A stretch of DNA of 64,000 nt from Ginglymostoma cirratum (lineage: Eukaryota): assembly GCA_024137785.1 (NCBI GenBank), contig JAHRHZ010000035.1, positions 15,278,856 to 15,342,855 on the forward strand. The letters are read 5' to 3'. The notes below the pieces were generated by a model. The model was not told the origin of the DNA and did not search any database. It saw only the letters and a list, made by a program, of their open reading frames with translations. The position numbers were made by a program, and so were the translations under genes. Positions 52,801 to 64,000 of the stretch are shown here, in pieces (positions within the stretch are counted from its first letter, which is position 1; each line of letters starts with the position of its first letter).

Positions 52801-55539
52801 TTTAATGATAAAATGTCTGTAGTTCTTTGTTGAAATCCTAAAAGTGTTCCTTCTATAACATTTGCCTGGTTAAATGCAAGAGGAATCTGCATTATCAAGC
52901 TATGCACTCACTAAAAATTGAGAATGAAATCTACAAAGACATTTGGATCCGAGAGGGTACATCCCTGTTGAAACCATCTCAATGCTGCTTAAAATGTTCA
53001 GAGGGAGAAAGCAATGCAAATGTAATTCTCTTCATGACATTCCTGCATCCAACCATTTCTCAGTGTCAACTCTACCATATTTATCCCTCATGAATTGTGC
53101 GCATTGCTGACTCAAGTAGCATATCTTATCCATCCCAATCAGCAGCCTACACCAGTTCTCCACAGTCTGTCTAAAATATAGTCAATAGGTGGAGATTGTG
53201 TTCAACACTGACACCCAATTTTAGCAAAATGTAAAGGACTACTTGTGTGCATCCTTGGATAAAGTGATTAAAATAAATTGCAAATAGTGAGCAGCATCAA
53301 ATAAGACAAGAATTAATACGGAAACAAATAATGTCAAATGATTCAAGTAAAGTAAATGCCTAAAATGACCCAGAAAGTATAACTAATCAGGATATTTTTC
53401 CAGATGAGCTTTGATCCACTAGTAAGAGTTCCACAGGCCTTCATTGTCAGCATTTGATCTGGAGGCGATGTTGCCACCATCTGATTCTTCAGCTAATGTT
53501 TTAACATTTCGGGGAAAACCAAATTAGGAGGAATAAGCTTCAAGTCTAATGGTCATTTGGCATTTCAGCAGGCTCAAGATATGAATGGTACAATAAGATA
53601 TTTCTACTTTTAGGTGTACTGTGGGGTATGTCACCATGTATCTAATAAGAGGTGCCATTGGTGACCAAGGTGGATGAGCAAACAGCTGGCATATTCAGCT
53701 CTGTGGTTCTCACACACACAGCTGGTCACCATGTATGTGATACTCAGGAAGAGAAGTTAACTCTCAATTCACTTTCTCTTGTTCAGTTTTCATAGGCACT
53801 AGATCCGCATTGCAATGAGAAGTCAGGATCTGAAATCTGTAGGTTTCAATCTGAATGGCTTGTCAGGTTGTGAGAGGGAATGGCTACAGCATTAGTGTAT
53901 GATCAGCAGTGTAGTGTCCATTGTGGTGGACCCAAGCAGTTGTGTCCTATAGTAACTGCAACATGGGGTGCCCCTCATATCTTCACCAGATGTCATTGTT
54001 CAGACTGCTATTCATGAGTATTGCTCACTTTATTGTCAATTCATTCTCAATGCCCATTCTCTTTTTTCTCAGCTTTACCTGGTTTTGCCCAGCAATGTGC
54101 AAAATACCTAAATGAACATTAGGTTACCTGTTTCTTGCCCCTTTGCCCACTCATTTAAATCAAGGATTGTAGCCTCATAATTATCATTGGTATCAGTTAC
54201 CACTAAGTGAACTGTGAGCCACACATCGCCCAGTTGCAGAACACAAAGCCCTCAAGCTGCATAATTAAATGCACCTAAAGGATGACGAAAGACCATCAGG
54301 CTAAATGAGCAGACAGTACCCCCGTGCTACCTCTTAATAACACTGTCTGTTGGTTCAGGCAAAGAAATATGGCAATTCACAGAAAATCTGAGACTCCAAG
54401 AGAAACAGTCTAAACTATTCACTAACTAGCCTGTAATTGACAAAGTCTCCTAGTGACTTTGCACTCACCATATGATGTGCAAAATTGTTCCCAGAGGCGA
54501 TGGCATGCTAACAAATCATACCATCGACTATCAATAGGCATGGCCACCTCACCCACAACCCTTCTATTTCAAACAACATATTGCAATTCAATTCTTACCA
54601 TTAAAATAGTGTATGCCACTTCAGACTGTGTTTTTCAAGGCCCATCCTCATATTAAATGGCCTGAAGCTTTGACCCCTTGATGATCCCAGCATTACAATA
54701 CCTTGCATTGATATTACATTCGTGTAATAAAACATCAGAACAGTCTTCACACGTGTATTGGCAAAACTTGGCATTATGCCTCATTGAACATGATCCAGAT
54801 TTCCTGTTAATGGTAAGACTAATGGTATTTGGAGTTATTTAGGTACAAATGATATATTACCTTAAGTACATGGTTAAATATAAAAATCTGTAAGCCACTG
54901 TTCAAGTTGCACCAATTCACTGTAAGATCTTGGGCTCAGCATTGATATTGGACTGTATGGCACGAAATTGCTTTCTATACTCAATATAGTATTGCCACAG
55001 ATTGCTAATCTCTTTCCATTCCAGATTACAAATGTTTTGAATGACATAATTCAACTACTGTCAATCTATCTTTTTGGCATCAAAAACTAAAATACAATTC
55101 TAGATTACCATCCTTTCGCTTGTTGTGGAGACTTTATGAATGTCTATTTTTCTTAAACTTTTCCTTTGTTTCTCTTTATCTGCCCTCTCAGTTAAATCTT
55201 TCCATTTCTGTACTGGATTTGAAATTAAATTTATGTACATGAATTTCAACCTCGTTCACAGTCCTCGTGCTGTTTAATTTCAAAATCCTTCAATATGACA
55301 GTTACCTGCCCAGTTGAATATGGCCCCGAAGATCTGATTTCTGTTATTATGATGTTATCAGTTCACACTTCCAGCACCTCAACACATACAAAAAAATTAA
55401 AAGGTAAACTTGCAAACACAAATCCTACTAGGAGCAGATGCCATTTCATGCCTGCCACAGCAATATCTGGTTGAAATGTTAATGCACAGAACAATTTAGC
55501 ATCTAATCGTTGTGTGATATCTAGTGCCTTTTACAGTGA

Positions 55540-56170
55540 AGCTGAATCAATCCTGTTGTCATTGAAACTCCATTTGCCAAAGTTTTAGCCGCTTACTCAA
55601 TCTATCTATGTGCACTTACAGGTTCCTTATGTCTTCATCATAACATTCCTCTGATTAACTATTTTAGTATCATTTTAGCAAATTTGGATACATTACACTT
55701 TGCCCTCTTTTATTAGCAAATAATTGAGACCCTAGCACTGATCCTTGTGGCATTTGTTACATCTTTCAGACTGGAAAAATCTTCATTAATGCTGACTCTA
55801 GGATTTTGGTTAACATACTCATCCTCAATCTATCCTAATGTAAACCCTCAATACTGTGAGCTTCTACTTTCTTCAAGAACCTTGGAACAATGGGACACAT
55901 TATCAATGACTTTCTGGAAATCCAAATATGCTACATCAACCAGTTCCCTTTTATCAATTCTATGTGTCATGCCCTCAAAGCACTCTAAAAAAGTTTTCAA
56001 TCATAAGATCTCTTTCAGAAACTATGATGGCGCTGTTTGATTGCATTAACGTTTTCTAAATATCCTGCTTTTTCTTTAATAATGAAGTTCAGTATTTTCC
56101 TAATGACATATTTGAGGCTAATTGGCCAATAGTTTCCTGCTTTCAGTCTCCCTCCCTTCCTGAACATTCA
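55540..56170 (-). mobile_element. Decayed CR1 RT fragment
   Basis: Reverse strand: ELVDVAYLDFQKVIDNVSH (YLDFxKAFD motif) and PQGSVLG (ccacaaggatcagtgctagg). Confidence 0.75.
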
Positions 56171-56239
56171 TTTCCAGCAGTTTTTCTGCCACTTCCTATT
56201 ACTTGTTGATCTTTGTTTGCCCCTTCACTACCCTGCATC

Positions 56240-56960
56240 ACTACTCTCACAATTCTTTGTGATTTTAAAATATTCATATCAATTGAATGCTGGCCCCAAC
56301 CCCCACTTCTGACTAATTAGTTTAAAGTTCTATCTACAACCTTAGTATCAGGATTCACTAAGACACTAGTCCCTGCACGGTTCAAATGAAATGTGCCTCA
56401 ATGGGACAGTTCTGTCTTTCCCTGATACTGGAGCCAATGCCCCATGAACCAGAACCCATTTCTCCCAAACCAATTTTGAAACTATGCATTTACCTTTTTT
56501 ATTTTATTTTCCCTACACCAATTTACACATGGCTCATGTTGTAATCTTAGGTTTATTGCCTATATAGTTCTGCTTTATAATTTAGCCCCGAATTGCTCAT
56601 AATCCCTCAATAGAGCACCTTTCCTAATCCTAAACGTGTCATTGGTAGTTAAGTGGACCATGACAACTGGATCCTTCCCCTCCTGCTCCAAGTTCCTGTC
56701 TGTCCCAGAAGGGATTTCCTGAACCTTGCAACCAGGTAGGTAATACAGCCTTCAGAACTCTCTGCCTTTGCTGCAGCAAACAGTATCTTTTCCCATAACT
56801 ATGTTATCGCTTATTACCCATACTTTTCTCTGTTCTCCTCCTAGTTGAAAGATGCTCTGTCGCACAGACCTTTAGTCAGTTTGCTCATCCTCTCTTTTCC
56901 ACACTGCGAGTAAGAACCTCATAACTATTGGACAACCACAGTAGTTGAGGCTCCTCCAAG
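56240..56960 (-). mobile_element. Decayed CR1 ORF1 (SGNH esterase-like) fragment
   Basis: Reverse strand: VISDNIVMGKDTVCC...RLYYLPGCKVQEI...EGKDPVVMVHLTTND...FHLNRAGT, resembling the GDS/LPGA/HxGTND/GLHL motifs of CR1 ORF1. Confidence 0.7.
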
Positions 56961-59889
56961 GCTAAATTTTGTAGGAGACTACCTCCTGAAAGTCAGTGTC
57001 CAGGTTAATCATTTAACTCATGGGCAGGTTCAAGAGTTCACTAAAACATAAGGAAAAATATTCTCCACTCCAAACTTGCTTGAGGCTTGTTGAATTTGTA
57101 TTTACATCTTCTGGAGCTGCTCTCACAGTCCAAGATTAATAACTTCTGTCATCTACATTATCTGAGCTTCTCGCCATTTTAAAATCTGAATCATAATCCA
57201 TCACACAACCACTTCCCTCAGCAGCCTACAACCTTTCTTTCCCTGAGCACAAACAAATTTTCTCCTCTGCTGTCAATAATGCAAAGGCCTGAGCTCCTCA
57301 GGATGAATATTCAACATCCATCACAATGAGTACATTGCAATGAATAATGAAACTTTGTAAGGCCAGATCCAAGCAAAGTACAAGCAATGAGTAGATGAAC
57401 TTAAAGGATTAATCTAAAATCAGGCTCTAACCAAGAGCAGCCTTGATTGATAAAGGGAATGATAAAGTTTAGTGAGGATGGTTACCATCACAGATATAAC
57501 TATAGAATGGTTTCAGATTAGTATGGGACATTATGCAATGATTCATACTATAAGTGATGAATGTGCAGAGAAATAGGCAAAAAAGGCAGTGCTGAATTCT
57601 GTCTCTATTCATGCAGTATAAGCTTCGTTACTGCCTTCTTCACAACCCTTGAAGGATTTAACCTTGCACATTCTAATTGCACCATGAAGCAGAATACAAA
57701 CATTTCTTATATTGACACAAAGAAAAAATGCAGTACAACTGCAGAAAAGTCACACATTTTAAAATTTAGAAATCCTATTAATACTTCAGCTCATATTTAA
57801 TTAATTGTGAGTGTCGAGAGAGTTTGATTGCAGTAATTTAACTGTGGTCTAAACAGGACATTTGCTAAACATATCAGTCTTGATCTGTACATTGTCTGCC
57901 AAGCTACAGCATTTTATGCCATTCACTCGGTTCCATTAGCCCCACTTTCTGAAACTCTGTTCCCAGAACACTTCAGCTATCGAATTCTAAATCCACGTCA
58001 TCAGCTGAGCTTTCTGCTCCACTTCATAATTATTCTCTACCTCTTCCATTTTTCATGCTCAGTTACATTTCCAAGTCTAGTCTGTGAAAATCCTCAGGCC
58101 ATTATCTATGATAAAAGGCACCATTTCAATTCAAGCTGTTAGCTCAAGCGCAGAGTACATTTTTATCTTTTGTCTAAGTCTTTGGTCATGTCATGACTGA
58201 GATGGAAGAGTGCACTGTCTTTCTCCAGTTCCACTATCCCATGGGTAACAATATAAATTTAAGTGTTTTAGCCAGCTTTGATATAGCCAATTGTACGTAC
58301 TCTATATTAGACTAACAAGAAAAATACCCATCAACCAGACTTCTTTAATAAACATGAAATTCTTGATTTATTATAAAACTAAACTTATTCAATGAAGATG
58401 CAAGATTAACACTTATTTTATGTAATATGAAAATATAAATATTCATTCCTTGAAATAAAGCAAAACGTAAATCCACACAAACAAACACATGCATTGAGTC
58501 AAGGGAAATGTTAGCTTTCTCTCTGCAGAGATTTCATTGGGTAAAAACATTTTTACCCTTTAGTTCTTGAACGAGAAAGGATAAGATTTGAGATTTTCAG
58601 ATGGCTCTAGGTCTAACATGTTGGCATGTATAGACGTGTGTCATAAAACATAAACATTTGTCTCTGTGATCTTGGCAGATGCGGCCTGCTCAGAAAATGT
58701 GATATCATGAAGTCTTTCAGTTACTCTTCAAGAGAATAATCACAATAAGAGTTTATTTTTAGAACTAAGAGAACTGAGCTAGGAGCTTCTTTCCTTTGGC
58801 AGGCTGGTCACCAACTACTCCAAACAATATCCAAAGTGGAAACTGTAATCCGACAGTCGTATCCCAGGAAGGGCACATCAGTATACAAGCAGTTACCATG
58901 AGACATGTGACTATTAAGTTTTGCCTAGTTTTGAAATGTTCCACTGTCCTTTAACTCACCTCTTAAACAAGTAACAATCCAGATACTCAAATTCCATACT
59001 TCAACTTAAAGTCAACAAAAAGTTCTTAAATTTGAAACCATCATAAAACCCAATTCCAATTAATCCCAGGGCCATTTTGAATATTTTATATCTTGGAGCT
59101 ATATTGTTTGATAATCAGAAGCTATCATCTACCAGAAACACCACTTGTCACTTGAATCATTATCTCTGAGGCCATGGAAGTAACAGAAAATGAGTATTGT
59201 CCATCAAATACAAATTGCAATTCCCTAGTTCCAGTCTCACGACAGAGTTTAGCATGAATTTGCTTGAACAATGTAAGTAGATAGTTAGCAAACGTCCTTC
59301 TGTTCCACAAAATTTGATCTCAAATCATTCTTCGATCCATCTCCTTCAATCCTTGCTGCAAGTAAAACTTTCCAAGAATACGGAACTGACAGCTGCAGTT
59401 ATGCACATATCCATAATGACCATTGCATTCCCATTGAGCCATGACGCACAAAATTGTGCAAATTGAAATTAAAATAATGCTAAAATAAAACTACCTTGTG
59501 GCAGTCTGTACTTTTACACACTTTAAATGTGAATTAAAAGTTTGCATTTTATGCAATTTTCAATATTTTATGACATGGGCGACAACTTCGAAAAACTGAT
59601 TTCTCACCAACCCATTAGATCCTGGTAGTGCTTATTTTTTTAAAAAAAACTAATTACAAGTATATTTTTGTTCCAGAGCAATTCTTAATCATTTCAGATA
59701 CTGGAAAATCATTACACATTAGTTCTGCTGTAATTACATTATAAAGTACTTTGCATCAGGAATATCAAGATTGACATTGAATTGTTATTTTATGATTCAT
59801 TTAAAGAAACTTCAGAGAAATTGAACAAAAGAATGGAAATGAAATTAAAGTATAAAATAAATTGTCAAGAATCAAAATACAACATAAAC

Positions 59890-60084
59890 CCAGCAAAAGT
59901 TCCACTGTAAATGATCATGTTAGTTGAATCAATTGTATGTCTGAAGCTAGTAATGACATCCACTGATGATATTAGGTAGGCATATTCACTCAGTTCACTA
60001 ATGATGTTAGAACGATCACCACAAGCAAATAACAGGGTACTGACAATATATTCGCTAAGTTTTTGTGAAATGTGGGGAAGCAAA
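59890..60084 (-). pseudogene. Candidate exon of an unidentified (possibly decaying) gene
   Basis: taacag|T TTG... LLPHISQKLSEYIVSTLLFACGDRSNIISELSEYAYLISSVDVITSFRHT...; in phase with the exon at 62046-61560, but the donor is weak (GG|GTTTAT). Confidence 0.35.
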
Positions 60085-61149
60085 CTGTTAATTTTAAGAG
60101 CAATCTGATCAACTCACACATCCTCAATTATTAACAGGATGGGATTATTCCTTCAAGAGTCCACATTCAAACAATAAACATAAATAATGATAAATACAAG
60201 ACAGAAGCTGACAAATCACTGTTTTGCATTCTGGTTACTTGATCAAGAAGAGAACAAGCTGTTCCACCTCACTAAAATAAGAGAAACATAATATAAACTT
60301 AAATATGAAATTAATTTTACAAAAAAATCAAAAATATTGAAAAATGAAATAAATTCAGCCTTTCATCCCCAAAGATTTCACTTATATAATGTAGATCAAA
60401 GGGTTCCACCCAAAAAGCAGAAAAAGGGATGAGCTGCTAAATACTGCATTAAGGAGGTAGATTTTAAGGAGCATCTTGAAGGAGGTGAGAAGGAGACAAT
60501 TTGAAAGTTTAAGGCCTACGCACCTGAAAACAGAGTTGTTAATGGGGCAAAGGAAATAGAAGATGTTTATGAGGCCAGAGATGAGTTAGTGACTGTACCT
60601 TCACATTTATTTTTGTACGTTTCTGCAAATATACGCACTATAGGTTAGATTTTCTGCTCAAATATCCATCAACCCTTAACTGCGTAAACTGTAGTCCCTC
60701 TTGACAGAGATTTAATGTATAGGATGTCCATTTAAATTTTCTGTATCTGAAAAATTACTCAACTATGAAACACAGATTAGACAGACAGTGCACAGAGACA
60801 CCATGTGGGTGATAGTGGGACACCATGTTTCAAAAATTCATGGACCTGTCTGAATACAATATACGAGTAGCTTTTTCATTTGTCAATTGCAATCAGGTCC
60901 ATGAAGTCGTTAAAAATAAGATGGATTTTTGGAATCAGTAAGCATGTTTCAATCCACATTGAAAATTGTGCTGACATTGAGAACAGGGATACACAATCTC
61001 GCCAACAGAAACATTTAAGTCTATCACATAAACAGCTACACAACCCTGGTCCTGGAATATCTTTCGTGCAAGCTGGGTCTGAAACAAAATGTGATCCATT
61101 GTTTCAATTGCTATCAGTGAAATAGCTTTTCAGTGCTATTAGACTTATT

Positions 61150-61335
61150 GCCCAGTTGGTTAATTCTTTTGGCAAGACAGTTAGAAAATGACCCAAAATG
61201 ATGCTATCAGAGTGGGATCACTTCCTGCATTGAGTGTGGTACTTCATGAAGGCTGTCTCCTCACATTTTTCTACACTTGTAGAGAGGTGCCCAAGCCATC
61301 CATAAACAACTGCTCCTCTGAAATGGAGAGAGATG
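61150..61335 (+). mobile_element. SINE family B, decayed
   Basis: cagttggttaattc...gtgggatcacttcctgc...catgaaggctgtctcc. Confidence 0.5.
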
Positions 61336-61559
61336 TGAGAGATGGAGAGATTAACAATGGATGATTCGCTACAGTGTCATGAGATGCTCCAGTATGCACC
61401 CTTCGTTCATATGAAGTTATGCAGCAAACCAAAATTATTTCATTGTCCAAAAGGAAGTGGGGAATCACAGTGATAGTAGGCTGATTCTGTATGTGTTAAA
61501 GAGGGCTGTAAATTATGACTTCTTAAAACTTAATTGTCACAATTTTGTTCCTAACTTAC

Positions 61560-62046
61560 CCTGGCCTAGGATTATTCTGTTTAAATCTGTAGCCTTTGTC
61601 CATATTCCTTTCTGAAGGCTGCTGAAGGCTCCTATGCTGGAGAAAGGATTGCTGGCAACTGTTTAGGGATAGGTCATGCTTGTATATTTCATGTGTTCTA
61701 ATTATGCTGTTATGTTGTTCACTGGTGTTTCTCTTCTTTGCTGCTTGATCTCCTGCTTCTAGCTCTTGACTGGCCAGTGCATAGTATCTCATATCACAGT
61801 CATCTTCAGAGCTAGATGAGGTGTTTGCATTTCTGTTCTCTTCTTGTCCCTGTAGCTGGTAAATAGCATGATAGTAAGTTACAGACTCAGAAGAGGCACC
61901 CACTGTCTTTTCATCCAAAGTTGCAGCCAATTCTACATCAGCCTTCAGCCTCTTTGTTTGACTGGATGATCCACGAGACCAGCCTCTACCAGGTGTGGAC
62001 CCTCTTCTCAGCCTGTTCCAGGAATGCAAGCCAAAGCGGCGTACAG
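61560..62046 (-). CDS. Candidate 487-nt internal coding exon, unidentified protein
   Basis: Strong acceptor ttctttctgttctttctgtttag|, 161 open codons (VRRFGLHSWNRLRRGSTPG...NNPRP), and a perfect donor GG|GTAAGT. Not recognisably repeat-derived. Confidence 0.5.
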
Positions 62047-62154
62047 CTAAACAGAAAGAACAGAAAGAATTTATTAATGTACCATATCTTACAAATTAAC
62101 AATACAAGGTAAAGCTTCCACAAACCCTGCTCCCATTTGTGTGCAAGGTAAAGT

Positions 62155-62352
62155 TGTCTAAGTCCTACCAGACATAGGGCTACTCTCACATTAGAGAGAG
62201 AGAGAGATGACCGGTGTTGGTCACCGTGCCTCAGGTGAGGACAGAGGTTGAAGAGAAGAGTCCCTCATGATAACTTCAGCTAGTGTGGATACTGAACACA
62301 TACAGTTGCTGTTACTATGCATTCCAAACAAGCTGACTAGCCAACTGGGCTA
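62155..62352 (-). mobile_element. SINE family B
   Basis: catagggctactctcacattagagagag...cctcaggtgagg...ccctcatgataacttcagc...gccaactgggctag. Confidence 0.65.
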
Positions 62353-62877
62353 GACAAAGCCCAATCCTCACTGCAGTCCATTGTGCATACAGAGAAGGTC
62401 CCAATTATCCAGCAGGTCACATTTAAATCAAACATGTGCACACACGCACACCTAGACGTGGAAGCACATTAACAGACAAACTATAGAAAATACCTTCCCA
62501 ATACTTTGCTGGTGCAAGGTAGGAATGTAAACGTTTATTGTACCAGGTCTTTTTAGAGATTATGGGGAGCATGCTTCATGTTAGGAAATTTAATTTCAAA
62601 GCACACTTCTTGCCACTGGGGCTACTCTTGATAATTTTCCACCAATTTAGTATTGAGGAAAAATGGATAAGACTGCAGTTAAAAAGAAATTTATCAACGA
62701 ATAACACATCCTCTGTTATCATCACATAAACATCACACCATATTTAAATGGTACAAAAAACACTAAATTTTTTCACAATTTGTATGACAAATTTGTAACT
62801 GAGTACAATATGTTCAGCACTCCATAATCCAGGCAGAATTAGGTGCTGCACGAAAGTTTGCACCTTGTTTAGATGCA

Positions 62878-63113
62878 AGAGATAACACAGTGTGGAGCTG
62901 GAGGAACACAGCAGGCCAGGCAGCATTAGAGGAGCAGGAAAGTTGACATTTTGGGTTGGGACCCTTCTTCAGAAATTTTTTTTCTCTCTGAAGAAGGGTC
63001 CTGACCTGAAACGTCAACTTTCCTGCTCCTCTGACGTTGCCTGGCCTTCTGTGTTCCTCCAGCTCCACACTGTGTTATCTCTGACTCCAGCATCAGCAGT
63101 TCTTACCATCTCT
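62878..63113. mobile_element. Fold-back Penelope-like element (second subfamily)
   Basis: Arms 62878-62973 and 62987-63082; right-arm core CTGAAGA-A-GGGTC-CT-GACCT-GAAA-CGTC (62988-63015); tail of about 30 nt, gactccagcatcagcagttcttaccatctc. Confidence 0.85.
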
Positions 63114-63334
63114 TTTTTAGATACAATTCCTTTTTTTAAACTTTGTTTCTAAATGGTGTCAGGCTGCAATTTGCATTACCCAGCACCAACTGCAAAGTAA
63201 CCGCACCTTATTAAAGTCCAAAGTATAAAAGGACCAACAAGTAATATCTTTTATCCCTGTTGTGGCATGACTACTGCCACATATCCTGACTACCGTAACT
63301 CAATTAATTTTCAGTTTTTGAAAATATCCAAAAT

Positions 63335-63450
63335 AATAAAAGCAAAATACTGTGGATGCTGGAAATCTGGAATAAGAGCAGCATGCTGTGAAATACTCAA
63401 TGGGTCTGACAGCATTTATGGGAAGAGAAACAGAGTTAACATTTCAAGAC
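63335..63450 (-). mobile_element. Decayed short Penelope-like unit
   Basis: aaagcaaaatactgtggatgctggaaatctgg...gaaacagagttaacatttc; similar remnants at about 23520-23690, 50840-50930 and 3875-3990. Confidence 0.5.
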
Positions 63451-64000
63451 AAATACAATTTGTTCTGAACAGGAAAAAGAGTGATATAATATTTTGGGTC
63501 AGATATAATATCACAAGCTTCGTCATTTTTATTTCTGCATCATGAACTTTTAACTGCAAAATCATTTTTTTTCTAGCACTTATACTTTTTGAATGTCTTG
63601 AGTAGTCTCTTGAGAACTACTGCTCACACAGGCTTGAATTAGTGTTCTAATTCTTTAAGAGGTGTGTTTCTTTAAGAGTTTAATCTGTTAATGAGCCAAG
63701 ATATACAACTGACCACCTATTATGTGCAATGAAGCAAGAAGCAATGCATGCAGGAGGGACCATATATCATTACCTGCAACTGTAGATTGTAGTCTGAGCT
63801 CTTATTTAAACTATTTGAACTTTTCAAGTAAACTGAATCCACACTGGTCAATCTGTGTCATTCACTGATAATGCAAGAAAACATGACGTTATTATCTGCT
63901 GTTTCTAAATAAGATTGGAATTCTTAGACCACCTCTTTGGGCTGAATTTTATGTAAAAATTTGCAGCATGTCAATTATGGGGATCTATGGAGAGCCTCTC

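Noticed and set aside
61986-62046. Alternative frame ...CTPLWLAFLEQAEKRVHTW* as a terminal exon
   Set aside because: Cannot be excluded, but the 161-codon frame ending at a perfect donor in phase with the next segment is the better explanation.
62744-63152. Mirror-image ORFs MELEEH... on both strands
   Set aside because: Consequence of the fold-back repeat, not genes.

Overview
Vertebrate genomic DNA, almost certainly a shark: it carries HE1-type SINEs, shark-style CR1 LINEs and Penelope-like ends, and a Cav2 N-terminus very like elasmobranch Cav2.2. The minus strand holds the first three coding exons of a Cav2 voltage-gated calcium channel alpha-1 gene, most likely CACNA1B (28840-28575, 27036-26931, 21332-21193). 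Intron 1 is a clear U12-type AT-AC intron. It contains a near-perfect RE1/NRSE (REST) site and a 128-bp TSD-flanked insertion that is essentially a minimal hammerhead ribozyme plus tail. The window has several such short hammerhead-bearing Penelope-like units; two are about 200-bp fold-back elements with a hammerhead core on each strand. Upstream (34-62 kb, minus strand) is a chain of exon-like segments, some phase-compatible and several broken by stops or frameshifts. They repeatedly encode PKA-anchoring-like amphipathic helices, suggesting an unannotated or decaying gene. The rest is AT-rich intron/intergenic DNA with decayed repeats. Repeat boundaries are approximate, and family names are from recall, not from searches.
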